Shown here in pieces: positions 9,336-19,113 of a DNA stretch of 64,000 nt. Under the pieces are notes generated by a model. That model saw nothing but the letters and a program-made list of their open reading frames with translations. It did not search any database and was not told the DNA's origin. The stretch is taken from contig CAVUPH010000006.1 in assembly GCA_963743305.1 (NCBI GenBank), positions 128,001 to 192,000 of the forward strand, written 5' to 3'. Made by a program: the position numbers and the translations under genes. Numbering within the stretch: position 1 is the first letter of the stretch; every line of letters begins with the position of its first letter. This DNA comes from an uncultured delta proteobacterium (GTDB lineage Bacteria > Desulfobacterota > RBG-13-43-22).

Positions 9336-10481
9336 ATGCAAAAATTTATTAAGGTTCTACTTATTTTTTCAATCGGAATTTCCATGACCGCTGCCGGATT
9401 CAAAACGGGCTTCGCCTCGGATTCATCGGCCGGCGCCTTCGCATCACCCGCTTTCAAGGACCTGGAACCTTTCTATCAGGACATCTTGGGGCAGGTGGCT
9501 GAAAAATCCGCGGACTTGGTTTATAATTATGATACGAGGCCGTTGATCCGGACAGTGATCATGGATTTCCTTGATCCAGCCGGGCGGGAAATTGCCGTGG
9601 GGAATGAATTGTCCGCTTATTTACGATCAGCATTGGATCGGGAAAATCAGTTTTATGTATACGGGCGGGAGCAAATACACCGTTCCTTGGGGCACTTTTT
9701 TCAAGTAAATCGCGAGATGAAGCCTTATCTGGTGAGCCGACTGCAAGAGCTGGTGCCGGTAGCCTTTAAGAAACCGATCCATCTTATCGTGGCCGGTGAA
9801 ATTCGAAAGACCGATGAAAATAGACTCCAGGTCAACGTCACGCTTATCCCATTTTATCAACAATTGAATCCGGTTGAAATAGAAGCGGAAAGCCTGCCTT
9901 TCCCCCAGCTTTCCTTTTTGAGTTCCAAGCTGACCGATGAAGAAATAAAACAGGCCTTGACCAAACCTAAAGGCGAGAAAAGGTTGGCCATAAATCCCGG
10001 CTATGGCCGCCTCATCATTCTGTCCAATTATCTTTTAGAAAAACCTCGAGAACAGGAACGCCGTTATTTGGGGACCTTGGAGGCCACCCGGCCCTCCAAT
10101 GAAAAAGAGCAAGGGAGTACCCTCAGACAATTAAATCTGGGTGACCCCCAGGATTTGATCGGTTGGCTGGACAAACAGGAGCTGTATATCTATGAAGATA
10201 GGCAGATCGCCACTTTTAGAGATTACTATTATAATATATTGAGCGGGTTCGGAGCCGATCAGATCTGGTTTGATGCCGAGGTCAAGGGGGGGGATCATCA
10301 ACTGGCCTTTAGCGTTTTCCCGGTCAACACCCTCAATAAAAAGGCGGTCTCCTACCCTTTCAAGCTGACCCCGGGGTCTACGACCTATCTCGTGGTCACG
10401 GTAGTATCCCAACCTCAAAGAGACCCGGATGTTTCGATAAAAATGGTAGTCGATCCGGATAATCGGTCCTATCCCTTTTAG
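9336..10481 (+). CDS. exported hypothetical protein (possible FlgO/CsgG-like N-domain)
   Basis: 381-aa ORF with signal peptide and GGAG RBS; family call weak. Confidence 0.7.
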   Translation: MQKFIKVLLIFSIGISMTAAGFKTGFASDSSAGAFASPAFKDLEPFYQDILGQVAEKSADLVYNYDTRPLIRTVIMDFLDPAGREIAVGNELSAYLRSALDRENQFYVYGREQIHRSLGHFFQVNREMKPYLVSRLQELVPVAFKKPIHLIVAGEIRKTDENRLQVNVTLIPFYQQLNPVEIEAESLPFPQLSFLSSKLTDEEIKQALTKPKGEKRLAINPGYGRLIILSNYLLEKPREQERRYLGTLEATRPSNEKEQGSTLRQLNLGDPQDLIGWLDKQELYIYEDRQIATFRDYYYNILSGFGADQIWFDAEVKGGDHQLAFSVFPVNTLNKKAVSYPFKLTPGSTTYLVVTVVSQPQRDPDVSIKMVVDPDNRSYPF

Positions 10482-10512
10482 TCCAAACCCGAATTACGGT
10501 AACCTGCGCCCC

Positions 10513-10551
10513 CCCATGCCCGGAGCGGGTACCTGCGAAGCATGAAAATCC
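10513..10551. repeat. short repeat R5 (TGCCC...GAAGCATGAAAATC)
   Basis: Related copies at ~24877-24915 (reverse), ~31711-31746, ~46849-46885, ~55606-55641. Confidence 0.6.
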
Positions 10552-10599
10552 ATGTTTAGATATTAAACCCTCATGCCACAGAGGGCGCCCTGAAGCGGG

Positions 10600-11136
10600 T
10601 TACTTTAGAGCCGCGTTCCTCCTCGAGAAATAGCTTCTATTCATACTCTGGTATTCCCATTCCGGTGTGTTCTTCCAGGCCTGCAACTTTTTTTTCCTCG
10701 ATCGAACTTTCTTTGAATTAGCCAAATCAGGAACAGGTCTTAGGTCATTAGTAACGGAGCCACGCTTTCCCCCCGTTTTCCGTCTGTGAGTTTTTTCTCC
10801 GGACGGAGCCTTCCACGGATTAAAGTCCCCTCGCTGTAAAGAAGGTCTTCCCTTTCTGTGAACCTCGGTGTCAGGGGTATTCCTCAAAGAGCGAGCCTCG
10901 GCTTCGACCGCACGCCAGTACTCGATTTCGGCTTGTTCACGCGCCCGTTCCAGCTCAGCCGAAACGGGTTTTGAATTTTCTGATAGACCCCGGCTTGGAA
11001 AATTACCCGCTGTAAGGGAATTGGAAAAACAGGGCACCCCGTTTTTATCGGTGTATCGGTGAATCGTTTCCGGATAACCCTGGGTCCAGCAACATAAGGC
11101 ACCTAAAAGACAGCAACCAACCATTCGCGGTTTCAT
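10600..11136 (-). CDS. DUF4124-like exported basic protein
   Basis: Signal peptide then TIHRYTDKNGVPCFSN; GGAGG RBS. Confidence 0.7.
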   Translation of the reverse strand: MKPRMVGCCLLGALCCWTQGYPETIHRYTDKNGVPCFSNSLTAGNFPSRGLSENSKPVSAELERAREQAEIEYWRAVEAEARSLRNTPDTEVHRKGRPSLQRGDFNPWKAPSGEKTHRRKTGGKRGSVTNDLRPVPDLANSKKVRSRKKKLQAWKNTPEWEYQSMNRSYFSRRNAALK

Positions 11137-11481
11137 TTTTCCTCCTCGTCTTCACTCCCCGTTTAAATTTTTGAATAATCCCGGGGAATAGAAAATACAA
11201 GAAAGATGCCATGACTGGGATCCGTATGACCCTGCCGGGCGCACAAATAAAAAATCCTCCCTAACACGAGAGGATTTTTATCCTTGCTTTTGTCGGTCCC
11301 TATTTCCTGTTGGTGAGTCCTCAAACGAATAGGGACACAGACGAGGGCGTCTGTGCTACATTAGATACATTGGCCGGCATAAGCTTGGAATATTTTAAGG
11401 GGAACTTTAAGGGCTGGGGCTGTTTCCTATGGCTCCCTCTCCCCCACGCGGGAGATGGTGTGGGGGATAACCGTAGTAAAA

Positions 11482-11612
11482 GTAGGGGCGGCGGGGTCGC
11501 CGCCCCTACTGCAGAATGACAGTTGCTCAGGGCCATGAGCTTTGTCGAATGGTCGGAATCCAGGTCTTTTAAGCTCGAGGTTCCTGGATGGCGGACCAGG
11601 TCCGACATGACG
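11482..11612. repeat. GTAG-type REP palindrome plus adjacent palindromic element
   Basis: GTAGGGGCGGCG-GGGT-CGCCGCCCCTAC (11482-11509), then degenerate ...GAATCCAGG...CCTGGATGGCGGACCAGGTCCGACATGAC. Confidence 0.75.
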
Positions 11613-11656
11613 ACAAAAAAAACTACATCAGACGGTGGTCGAGTCTTTTTACCCTA

Positions 11657-12316
11657 TTAACCGCTGGAGCAGCCTCGCTCTTCCATCCATTCCTTCAAAA
11701 CCCGGAACGAGGCCACATGCAGGTCCGCTTTCAGGCAAGGATTCTTATAGGCAACCAAGGGAATTCCGGCCCTTTGTGCGGCCTCGGCATCGACCACCGA
11801 ATCTCCGATGTAAACGGCATCTTCGGGCCGGAGTTGAAAGTGGGCGAGGATTTTAATCAGCGATTCCGGGTGGGGTTTAGGACAGGATACATCCAGGGCG
11901 CTGATCACCAGGTCGAAACATTCGCTCAGTCCATGGAAGGAAAGGACCTGCCTGATGGTGGTGGTGCGGTTGGTAGAAATGGCGGTCTTGACCGCCGGCC
12001 TTAAAAAGGTCAGGAACTCCTTAACCCCCGGTTCTTCCACCATGAGCCGGATGAAGGGTTCCGGGTCGAGATCCTGTCGATAGGCATGGGCGGCCAAACT
12101 TTCCTCTTCCGCCGGGAAAAGGAAATCGACGGCTTCAAACACCGTGTGCATATGCACGTAATTTAAGGCTTCTTCCGATAAGGGGGGGTTCCCGAAACGG
12201 GTCAACAGGAGATTATAAAACGCCCGGTTGGCTTCCCGAGAATCGAATAATACTCCGTCACAATCAAAGATTACAAGGCGGGGCCAGGGAAGACCGGAAG
12301 GGGGAGGAAAAGCCAT
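11657..12316 (-). CDS. HAD-superfamily hydrolase (phosphoglycolate phosphatase-like)
   Basis: FDCDGVL, KPHP, YIGDSVVD. Confidence 0.92.
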   Translation of the reverse strand: MAFPPPSGLPWPRLVIFDCDGVLFDSREANRAFYNLLLTRFGNPPLSEEALNYVHMHTVFEAVDFLFPAEEESLAAHAYRQDLDPEPFIRLMVEEPGVKEFLTFLRPAVKTAISTNRTTTIRQVLSFHGLSECFDLVISALDVSCPKPHPESLIKILAHFQLRPEDAVYIGDSVVDAEAAQRAGIPLVAYKNPCLKADLHVASFRVLKEWMEERGCSSG

Positions 12317-12698
12317 ACACTTTGATGAGGACTTCAGGACGTCGGGGGTCGTTACTGAGGACTCTGAAATATCGATCGAACTTGCCGTCCAGTTTCTCCG
12401 TTTCCAAGGCTATGACGATTTCTCCCTGCCCGCCGGGCTGGATCTGCGGATCGAACCGCACCACCTTCATGCTTCAGGTGTATTTGATTTTCGTAATGGA
12501 AAGCAGGGAATCTCCGGTATTAAGTACCTGGAACACTTTATAAACTGTGGAAGGGGCTCTGGTCAAATCCCCGGCATTATAGTCATCCGGCGAAATGGAA
12601 ATCGAAGGACCGGAAGAAGAATAACTCCGCCCTCCCGGCCCTCCGAAGGGAAGAACCAGGCTCAGTCCGACCGCCAAAAGAAATATAAGCCGCTTCAT
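12264..12698 (-). CDS. exported DUF1573-like protein with in-frame UGA (candidate selenoprotein)
   Basis: ORFs 12474-12698 and 12264-12470 are in one frame: NTGDSLLSITKIKYT-UGA-SMKVVRFDPQIQPGGQGEI...SNDP; UGA at 12474-12476. Confidence 0.7.
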
Positions 12699-12759
12699 TG
12701 AGGGATATTTTCAGACTTTCCCGTCCCACTGTCAAGGGAATAATCACTTCTCTTCCAAA

Positions 12760-12796
12760 AAGAAACGGGGGCTGGAAAACCATCCCCCGTTTCTTT
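12760..12796 (-). terminator. intrinsic terminator after qrcD
   Basis: AAGAAACGGGGG...CCCCCGTTTCTT hairpin with U tract. Confidence 0.75.
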
Positions 12797-12812
12797 CAAG
12801 AAGCCTAAACGG

Positions 12813-14051
12813 TCAGTTCAATTCTTTTTCCTGGGGAAAAATCGGCAAATAGCGGTACGACAAAGAAATCAGCAGGCCTCCGTAGGCCAGGATAGCAAAG
12901 GTGGGCGCCCATTCCTGCCAACTGGGCCAGTAGGTGACGAACCGGTCGAAAGGCATAACCGGGATGGCCAAGGTGACGATGGTCATAATAAACCGGTTAA
13001 AGACAATCCCGGCGCAGTCCAGGAGACAGGCAAAGACCAGCCAGCCGTAACTGTTTCGTCGTTTGGACAGGAGGATCCAGGCCGGAAGGATGCCCAGGAC
13101 CCCGATTTCCATCACCATCAGCCAGATCCCGTAAGGACCCTGGAACTGACTCCCGAAGGTGATCCCCCGATTGGGCAGAATGGAAAAGGCCCAGCCGAGG
13201 GTATCCAAAATCTTGAGGATCAAGTAGACCGCCAGCAGGCTGCCGGCGATCTTGCCCATCAGAGAAAGCACCTCCAGTTTGACCAGTTTCCGGCCGGTTA
13301 CCTTTTGGACAATAGCCGTGATCAGCACCGTGAAGGCCGGGCCGGAGGCGATGGCCGAGGAGATGAAGAGGAAGAAAGTCCAGGGCCAGATAAAAATCCC
13401 TTCCCGGAAGGCAAAAGGCCGGGCAAACATGACTCCGTACATTCCGCCCAAAGAACCCTGGTGGAAAAAGGAAAGAAAGGTACCGGTCCCGGCAAAAATA
13501 AACATCAGGTGGTGAAGGTTGTGGGCGAAGTAATGGGCCCCGGGGTTTTTATTGATACCCCGGTTCTCCAGAATCAAGGGCAGGTATTCGATGGCCAGGA
13601 CCCCTAGATACAGGGTGATGCAGAACATCACTTCGGTCAACATGGAATGGACGTTGGGGTGCCAGAAACCGTACCAGGATCGTAAGGGCTGGCCCACGTC
13701 CAGGGTGAGTATCAGGATGGCCCCGCTATAACAGATAAAGCCGATGATCACGGCGAAATTGATAATGGCCTTCAGTTCTTTTTTACCGATGATATAGGTC
13801 AAAAACCCGGTAAAGAAGGCCCCGGCACCTAAGGCGATTATCGCCAGGTCAAAGGTGATCCAGAGGGCGAACCCGAAATAGTCGTTCATGTTGGTCTGGT
13901 TCAACCCGAAGATCAAAACCAGAATGCCTCCAACCAACCCCCAGCCTACGACCAGGAGAAGAAAAAAGATCCAGGTCAGAAATTTTGGCAGGGAACCCCG
14001 TTCCACCCCCTCCGGGAATAAGGCATGATCAACAGGCAAGGTCTTCTCCAT
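12813..14051 (-). CDS. qrcD: menaquinone reductase membrane subunit (NrfD/PsrC family)
   Basis: LWITFDLAIIALGAGAFF, DVGQPLR, SMLTEVMFC, SFFHQGSLGG; ~10 TM. Confidence 0.93.
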   Translation of the reverse strand: MEKTLPVDHALFPEGVERGSLPKFLTWIFFLLLVVGWGLVGGILVLIFGLNQTNMNDYFGFALWITFDLAIIALGAGAFFTGFLTYIIGKKELKAIINFAVIIGFICYSGAILILTLDVGQPLRSWYGFWHPNVHSMLTEVMFCITLYLGVLAIEYLPLILENRGINKNPGAHYFAHNLHHLMFIFAGTGTFLSFFHQGSLGGMYGVMFARPFAFREGIFIWPWTFFLFISSAIASGPAFTVLITAIVQKVTGRKLVKLEVLSLMGKIAGSLLAVYLILKILDTLGWAFSILPNRGITFGSQFQGPYGIWLMVMEIGVLGILPAWILLSKRRNSYGWLVFACLLDCAGIVFNRFIMTIVTLAIPVMPFDRFVTYWPSWQEWAPTFAILAYGGLLISLSYRYLPIFPQEKELN

Positions 14052-14098
14052 TATGTTACCCCTTTTAATAGAATATCCTTAAGAAGCAATCGATTCGG

Positions 14099-14878
14099 TT
14101 ATTTATGCCCGGACGAGACCCTTTTGAGGGTCTCCCCCTCCAAATAATTGTCAATTTGCCGCTGAATCCACTCCTGAGAGGTCAGATAATACACTTTGGG
14201 TTGGCTTCCCAGTTTTTCCAGCAGGCGAAAGGCCCGGGGACTTTTGCTCAGCCTGGCCACCGCACTTTCGGGGTTTTGCAGGTTCCCGAAGGTTATGGCC
14301 TGGGTAGGGCAGGCCTCGGCGCAGGCCGTGTTATATTCACCCTCTTTCAGGTCCCGGCGCTCTTCCATAAAGGCCCGGTCTTTCGCCCGCTGATAGCGAT
14401 GATGGCAGAAAGTGCATTTATGGACCACTCCGCGCATGGCCACGGAAACGTCCGGATTCAGGTAGTTTTCCAGACCCTGAGGGAACACCGGGTCCCACCA
14501 GTGAAACAACCGGGCATGGTAGGGGCAGGCGGCCACACAGTACCGGCAACCGATGCAGCGGGGATAGATCTGGCTGACCACCCCTTGTTCATCAATCTTA
14601 GTGGCGTTGACCGGGCAGACCGAAACGCAGGGCGTATGGTTCTGGCAGTGCATACAGGGACGGGGGAAATAGGCTACCTTGGTCTTGGGAAAGGGCTTTC
14701 CGTTGTTCAAACGGTACAGCCGCATCCAGGTGCCCGTTCGCAGCTTGTCGGTCTCATCCGTTCGATAGGCGATATTATTTTCAGCCGAACAGGCGACGCC
14801 ACAAGCCCCACATCCGGTGCATCGGTCTAAGTCGATCACCATGCCATAGAGTTCTTTGCCGAGAGGAATTTCTTTCAT
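14099..14878 (-). CDS. qrcC: menaquinone reductase Fe-S subunit
   Basis: GMVIDLDRCTGCGAC, CMHC, CIGCRYC, KCTFC. Confidence 0.93.
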   Translation of the reverse strand: MKEIPLGKELYGMVIDLDRCTGCGACGVACSAENNIAYRTDETDKLRTGTWMRLYRLNNGKPFPKTKVAYFPRPCMHCQNHTPCVSVCPVNATKIDEQGVVSQIYPRCIGCRYCVAACPYHARLFHWWDPVFPQGLENYLNPDVSVAMRGVVHKCTFCHHRYQRAKDRAFMEERRDLKEGEYNTACAEACPTQAITFGNLQNPESAVARLSKSPRAFRLLEKLGSQPKVYYLTSQEWIQRQIDNYLEGETLKRVSSGHK

Positions 14879-14888
14879 GGCTACCCTC

Positions 14889-14981
14889 TAGATTTTTACA
14901 TCCATTGTTCCGAGAATTTGTCTTTAACCATGGACGTAAAAATCTAAATTAAAAGAAGTTATTTTGAAATATTTTTGGCTA
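14889..14981. repeat. Repeat family R2 (TAG-bounded hairpin element)
   Basis: TAGATTTTTACATCCATTGTT-CCGAGAATTTGTCTTT-AACCATGGACGTAAAAATCTA, then AAATATTTTTGGCTA. Confidence 0.75.
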
Positions 14982-17294
14982 AATTTTTCTAATTTTCACT
15001 TTGGTGACCCAGGAGATCGGTAACCCGCTTGCCGGGTCAATAATATTATCCAGCAGCGGATAGGGATTCGCCCCACGATTTTTCAAAGTCGGATCAAAGG
15101 CCTCGTGCCCCATTCCCAGGGGAACGAAAATGACCTGAGGCATGGCCCCTTCAAACAATTGGACCCCCACCTTAATGCTCCCTCCCGCCGATTCCAGTGT
15201 CACTCGGTCTCCCTGCTTCAACCCGAACTTCTTGGCGGTAGTCGGGTGAAACTGGGCCATCAGGTCATTGGCTTTTAGAATTTCTTCGCCCAGGTACTTG
15301 GTCATGAAAGGGGGATTGGGGAAGTATCCGTTTTGGAGCAACATCAAGGACAGCGGCACCATCAAAAGCGGGCTCTCCCCTCCGGGATAATAAGAGAAGC
15401 TCAGATCAATTTTTTCCGGTTCCTGGCGGAGGGCGGCAGGATAGAGGTCGATCTTTCCCTGTCCCCCGACCCCGGCGCCTTCCAGATGATACCAGGTCCC
15501 TTCCCGGACCAGCCCTTCCCAGAATTTATCAAAAGATTCAAAAGAGGCGGAGCCGGACTTGCCGGCTTCCGACGGCGGGCTATCGCTCAGGCGGCCCTTC
15601 TTGGTCTCGAAAACGGTTTTGGCGCTCTGCTTAACCACGGCTTCCATATTTTCGAAGCTTAAGGCCTCCTGAACCGCTCCGCCCAGACCTTTGGCCAAGG
15701 CGATCAGTACCTCGCCCGGATTTCGGTTTCCGTGAAGGGGGGGCAATACCGGCTTGGCCAGGCCATAAACCGGAAAGGGCACCCCCGGGACGCCATAGGC
15801 GTCATCCCAGCGCTCCAGGAAGGTCGGAGCCGGCAGGATCAAGTCCGCTAATTGGGTGGTTTCATCATAGAAAGAGGAAAAACTGACAATATATGGGATG
15901 CGGGCCACGGCGGCTTTGATCGCCTCATCCCCCAACCTAAAGGCCGGGTTGGCCTCGTGAAGCATCAGGAGGTTGATCGGATAAGGTTTCTGTTGGGCCG
16001 CATTGCTGAAAAATTGGATATAGTTGGGTTGGCCCGCCGGAAACTTGGAACTCCCGATGCTGTCCAGCCGAGGTTGGGCCAGCCCTTTCTCAGCTATGCC
16101 GTCCAGCGACGCCTTAGGCCAAGCGGCGGTCAGTCCACCCTCGGACTTTAAGAAAACCCCGCCGCTGCGATTCAACGCCCCGATCAGAACGTTCAAGGTA
16201 AGGATGGCCGCACCCTCAGAAAAAGGAATGGCCAGGTCCCCTTTCCCTCTCCCCATCAGGGCGACCGCTTGTTTGGCCGAGGCGAATTCCTTGGCCAGTT
16301 TTTCAATCTCCTCGGGAGGCAAGCCGGTAATCTTGGCCACCTTGTCCGGAGTATATTTTTTATCCAGCACTTCTTTCAAACCTTCCAAACCTGAAGTCCC
16401 CGCCTGGATAGCCTCCCGGTTAACCCAGCCTTTGGAAATCATGATTTGGGCCAAGCCCCAGGCCAAAGACCCCTCGGTCCCTGGTTTTACCGCCACCCAT
16501 TCATCCGCCAGGGAGGCTGTCGTGGAGGCTAAGGGTTCCACCTGGACTAATTTGGCCCTTCCCGCCGGGGGATCTTTTCTCCATTCCCGGTAAGCCTGGC
16601 TCACCCAGGTCGGAGTTCCCCAACCGTCCAACAATCCCGCGCCGAAGCTGAGGATATATTTGGCCTGGGGCAGGTCATAGGCCCAGGAGGAACGGGCCCC
16701 CTGAAGGGAGGCCGTCACCATCTCTTCCATATCTCCCAGTCGCGGGGTTCGAATATAATTAGGGGAACCGTAGCTTCTCATGAATCGGGTCATCAACAGG
16801 GAAAGGCTTCCTTGTCCGCCGCGACCATCCAGAAGGGCCGCCGTGTGGGTCTGGTTATTCTGACGTAATTCCTTTAACCATTTGGTCAAATCACCATAGG
16901 CCTCTTCCCAGGAGACCGGCAACCAATCCCCTTTCCCCCGAGGACCGAAACGCTTCATCGGACCCTTCACGCGGATCTCTTCCTGGTACAGGTACTGCAA
17001 CCCGGACAAGCCCAACGGACATAGCCCGCCTTGATTTACCGGATGGTTCGGCTGGCCTTCGATTTTAACGGCCCGCTTACTTTCGATCAGCCGGACTTTG
17101 ATGCCGCAGGCCCCCGGACAAAGGAGGCAGATAGAATTCAGATAAGAGGATTCGCCGCTCTCGGGAATGGGGGCCCAACGCTGGCTCCATTTGGCCACTT
17201 CATCCATGGGCACCCAGGGCAGGGGTGAAACAATGGTCCCCACCGCGCCCCCGACGATAAACTTCAGGAAATCTCTGCGATCAATGGTTGGCAT
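14979..17294 (-). CDS. qrcB: menaquinone reductase molybdopterin-oxidoreductase-like subunit
   Basis: Tat signal DRRDFLK, CLLCPGAC...LCP, ADLILPA; between qrcA and qrcC. Confidence 0.92.
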   Translation of the reverse strand: MPTIDRRDFLKFIVGGAVGTIVSPLPWVPMDEVAKWSQRWAPIPESGESSYLNSICLLCPGACGIKVRLIESKRAVKIEGQPNHPVNQGGLCPLGLSGLQYLYQEEIRVKGPMKRFGPRGKGDWLPVSWEEAYGDLTKWLKELRQNNQTHTAALLDGRGGQGSLSLLMTRFMRSYGSPNYIRTPRLGDMEEMVTASLQGARSSWAYDLPQAKYILSFGAGLLDGWGTPTWVSQAYREWRKDPPAGRAKLVQVEPLASTTASLADEWVAVKPGTEGSLAWGLAQIMISKGWVNREAIQAGTSGLEGLKEVLDKKYTPDKVAKITGLPPEEIEKLAKEFASAKQAVALMGRGKGDLAIPFSEGAAILTLNVLIGALNRSGGVFLKSEGGLTAAWPKASLDGIAEKGLAQPRLDSIGSSKFPAGQPNYIQFFSNAAQQKPYPINLLMLHEANPAFRLGDEAIKAAVARIPYIVSFSSFYDETTQLADLILPAPTFLERWDDAYGVPGVPFPVYGLAKPVLPPLHGNRNPGEVLIALAKGLGGAVQEALSFENMEAVVKQSAKTVFETKKGRLSDSPPSEAGKSGSASFESFDKFWEGLVREGTWYHLEGAGVGGQGKIDLYPAALRQEPEKIDLSFSYYPGGESPLLMVPLSLMLLQNGYFPNPPFMTKYLGEEILKANDLMAQFHPTTAKKFGLKQGDRVTLESAGGSIKVGVQLFEGAMPQVIFVPLGMGHEAFDPTLKNRGANPYPLLDNIIDPASGLPISWVTKVKIRKI

Positions 17295-17344
17295 TTTCCT
17301 ATTCCTCGTGTTTTACCTGAGTTAGGGTCTGTTCAGGTTCCAAT

Positions 17345-17926
17345 TTATTTATGACATACAAAACAGGCGTTGCTTTTGCCTTTCTTTTGGTGACAGGCTT
17401 CACAGGTTTCCATCATCATCACTTCAGGAGCGTAGCCTGAAATCCACTTGTATTTATATACCGGGTTTTTATCGGTTTTGCCGCCCACCATCTTGTGGCA
17501 ATCCGTGCAGTTTTGTTTGGCCATTTTGACATGAGCCACGTGGGAGAAAAAAACGTTGTCGGGCTGCTGAGAGTAGATCAACCAGGAAATATTTCTATTC
17601 TCTTTCTTCAGTTGCTCCGCCAATTTAATAAAATCGGCCTCCTCCTTGGAACTGCCCTGAGCCGACTCGTGGCATTCCAGACATTTGGCCAGAGGCGGAA
17701 TACCGGCGAAGGTGCCATCCTTCCGGAAGGAATGGCAATCCTCACACTGCGCCCCGGCACCTCCCTCCCCATGCTTGAGATGGCTGAAATGCACGGGTTG
17801 GACCTTCTTGCTCTGGATAAGTCCCGGGAAGATCAGCCAGCCTAAAATCAAGGATGCCACGACCCCGACCCAGAAAAACATCCAGGTGCCCTTGGATTTT
17901 CCCTCTTTTTCCATCTCTTTTTCCAT
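17345..17926 (-). CDS. qrcA: membrane-anchored multiheme cytochrome c
   Basis: N-terminal TM, five CxxCH, QPDNVFFSH, ends NACFVCHK. Confidence 0.93.
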   Translation of the reverse strand: MEKEMEKEGKSKGTWMFFWVGVVASLILGWLIFPGLIQSKKVQPVHFSHLKHGEGGAGAQCEDCHSFRKDGTFAGIPPLAKCLECHESAQGSSKEEADFIKLAEQLKKENRNISWLIYSQQPDNVFFSHVAHVKMAKQNCTDCHKMVGGKTDKNPVYKYKWISGYAPEVMMMETCEACHQKKGKSNACFVCHK

Positions 17927-18103
17927 ATTCCCTGTCCTAATTTTGTTATTTTATAAAAAAACCCGATCCGGTCTATAGCAATCCATAGTCCAGGTCGGGC
18001 CGATACGATATACGATAATGGATAACCCCCAGGGTTTCAATCGCAGGCATCTTTTATTGGCTATTTCGATTTGTTGGGAATTATAAAGAGTAAAAGTACT
18101 TCG

Positions 18104-18413
18104 TTAATACTTCCCCAACCCTTTTTTGTCAAGAAAAAATTCTTTTTTCAGGTCAAAGGCTTTGCGAATAATCGGGCCGGTTCCCGGAGTTAGCGCCAGG
18201 CGCTCAATACCCCCTAAAGGATAGAAAGCGGCTTCCAGGGCATCGCTTCCCCCCTTTAGCCGGCCAGCCACCACCCGGCAAAGGTAATCGATCAGCACAT
18301 AATGATAAAGGACGCGATCCTGTTCATCGACGAATTAATAAAACCCGGTCCTCCTCAAAAACAATGGCCCCGACCCCGATAAAGGGCCGTTCGGGGTAAC
18401 GACGGTCATCCAT
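18104..18413 (-). pseudogene. Nudix hydrolase with internal deletion
   Basis: MDDRRYPERPFIGVGAIVFEEDRVLLIRR* joined out of frame to VDEQDRVLYHYVLIDYLC...GSDALEA; Nudix box absent. Confidence 0.8.
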
Positions 18414-18431
18414 ATTTATTAACGGTTAACC

Positions 18432-19109
18432 TCATGGCCGGCATAGGCGGCAGGGGCTGAAGCCCTGGAGATAGGCGTCTTTCTTGTGCTTGAAAAGGAC
18501 CAGGTTCCTTACCGTTATCTTTTGTCCGACGAGGCAATTCCTTCGATGAAATTTCCTGGTGATCCGCTGACCAGTGTATTCCGATTCGGTTTCTTCCAGG
18601 GCCTTGCTCCAGATACCCCGCCGCTCGTCTATGGCTACCCGCTGCCACTTCAACAGGGCTTCGAACTTCTTCGTATTGGGCGCCTGGTAGAGCACCTGGG
18701 CCAAGCCTTTTTTGACCATCTCCCCGTTCACCCAAAGGCCGTTCTTCAAATACACGTGGGCCAACAGCCGCTGGTAGCGGTCCAGAAGCTCCACCTCATA
18801 TTCCAGCCGGATGTCCTGACCCCGAACCAGTTGACGATTGAAACGATGGGCCTCTTCGGCCAAGGGTTCGCCTTTCCCCGGCCCTCCCCGCTCCGGGGAA
18901 TCAATCCCCAGGTAGCGGACCCGCCGACCTTTATCCAGCGTAATCGAATCCCCATCCTCCACGCTGACCACCCGGCGCCACTCCGCCGGGGATTCGGACC
19001 AAGTCAAGCCGGCCAAAAAGAAAAAAACGGAGGGCAGAGAAATAATAAAGACCAGAAGACGGAGCGGGGCGATCGTTCGGTTAGACGAAAAATTCAGACC
19101 AGACGGCAT
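18432..19109 (-). CDS. thermonuclease (SNase) family with C-terminal Ada-like Zn motif
   Basis: VEDGDSI, VRYLGIDSPE, DRYQRLLAHV, FHRRNC...PCRLCRP. Confidence 0.9.
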   Translation of the reverse strand: MPSGLNFSSNRTIAPLRLLVFIISLPSVFFFLAGLTWSESPAEWRRVVSVEDGDSITLDKGRRVRYLGIDSPERGGPGKGEPLAEEAHRFNRQLVRGQDIRLEYEVELLDRYQRLLAHVYLKNGLWVNGEMVKKGLAQVLYQAPNTKKFEALLKWQRVAIDERRGIWSKALEETESEYTGQRITRKFHRRNCLVGQKITVRNLVLFKHKKDAYLQGFSPCRLCRP

Positions 19110-19113
19110 TGGT

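Noticed and set aside
11196-11211. sigma54-like site upstream of the DUF4124-like gene
   Set aside because: TGGCATCTTTCTTGTA has GT rather than GC at -12, too weak to call.
12813-17926. qrcABCD as a novel system
   Set aside because: Known complex with the standard order and motifs.
18324-18326. UGA in the Nudix remnant as selenocysteine
   Set aside because: Homology continues in a different frame, so this is a deletion junction.
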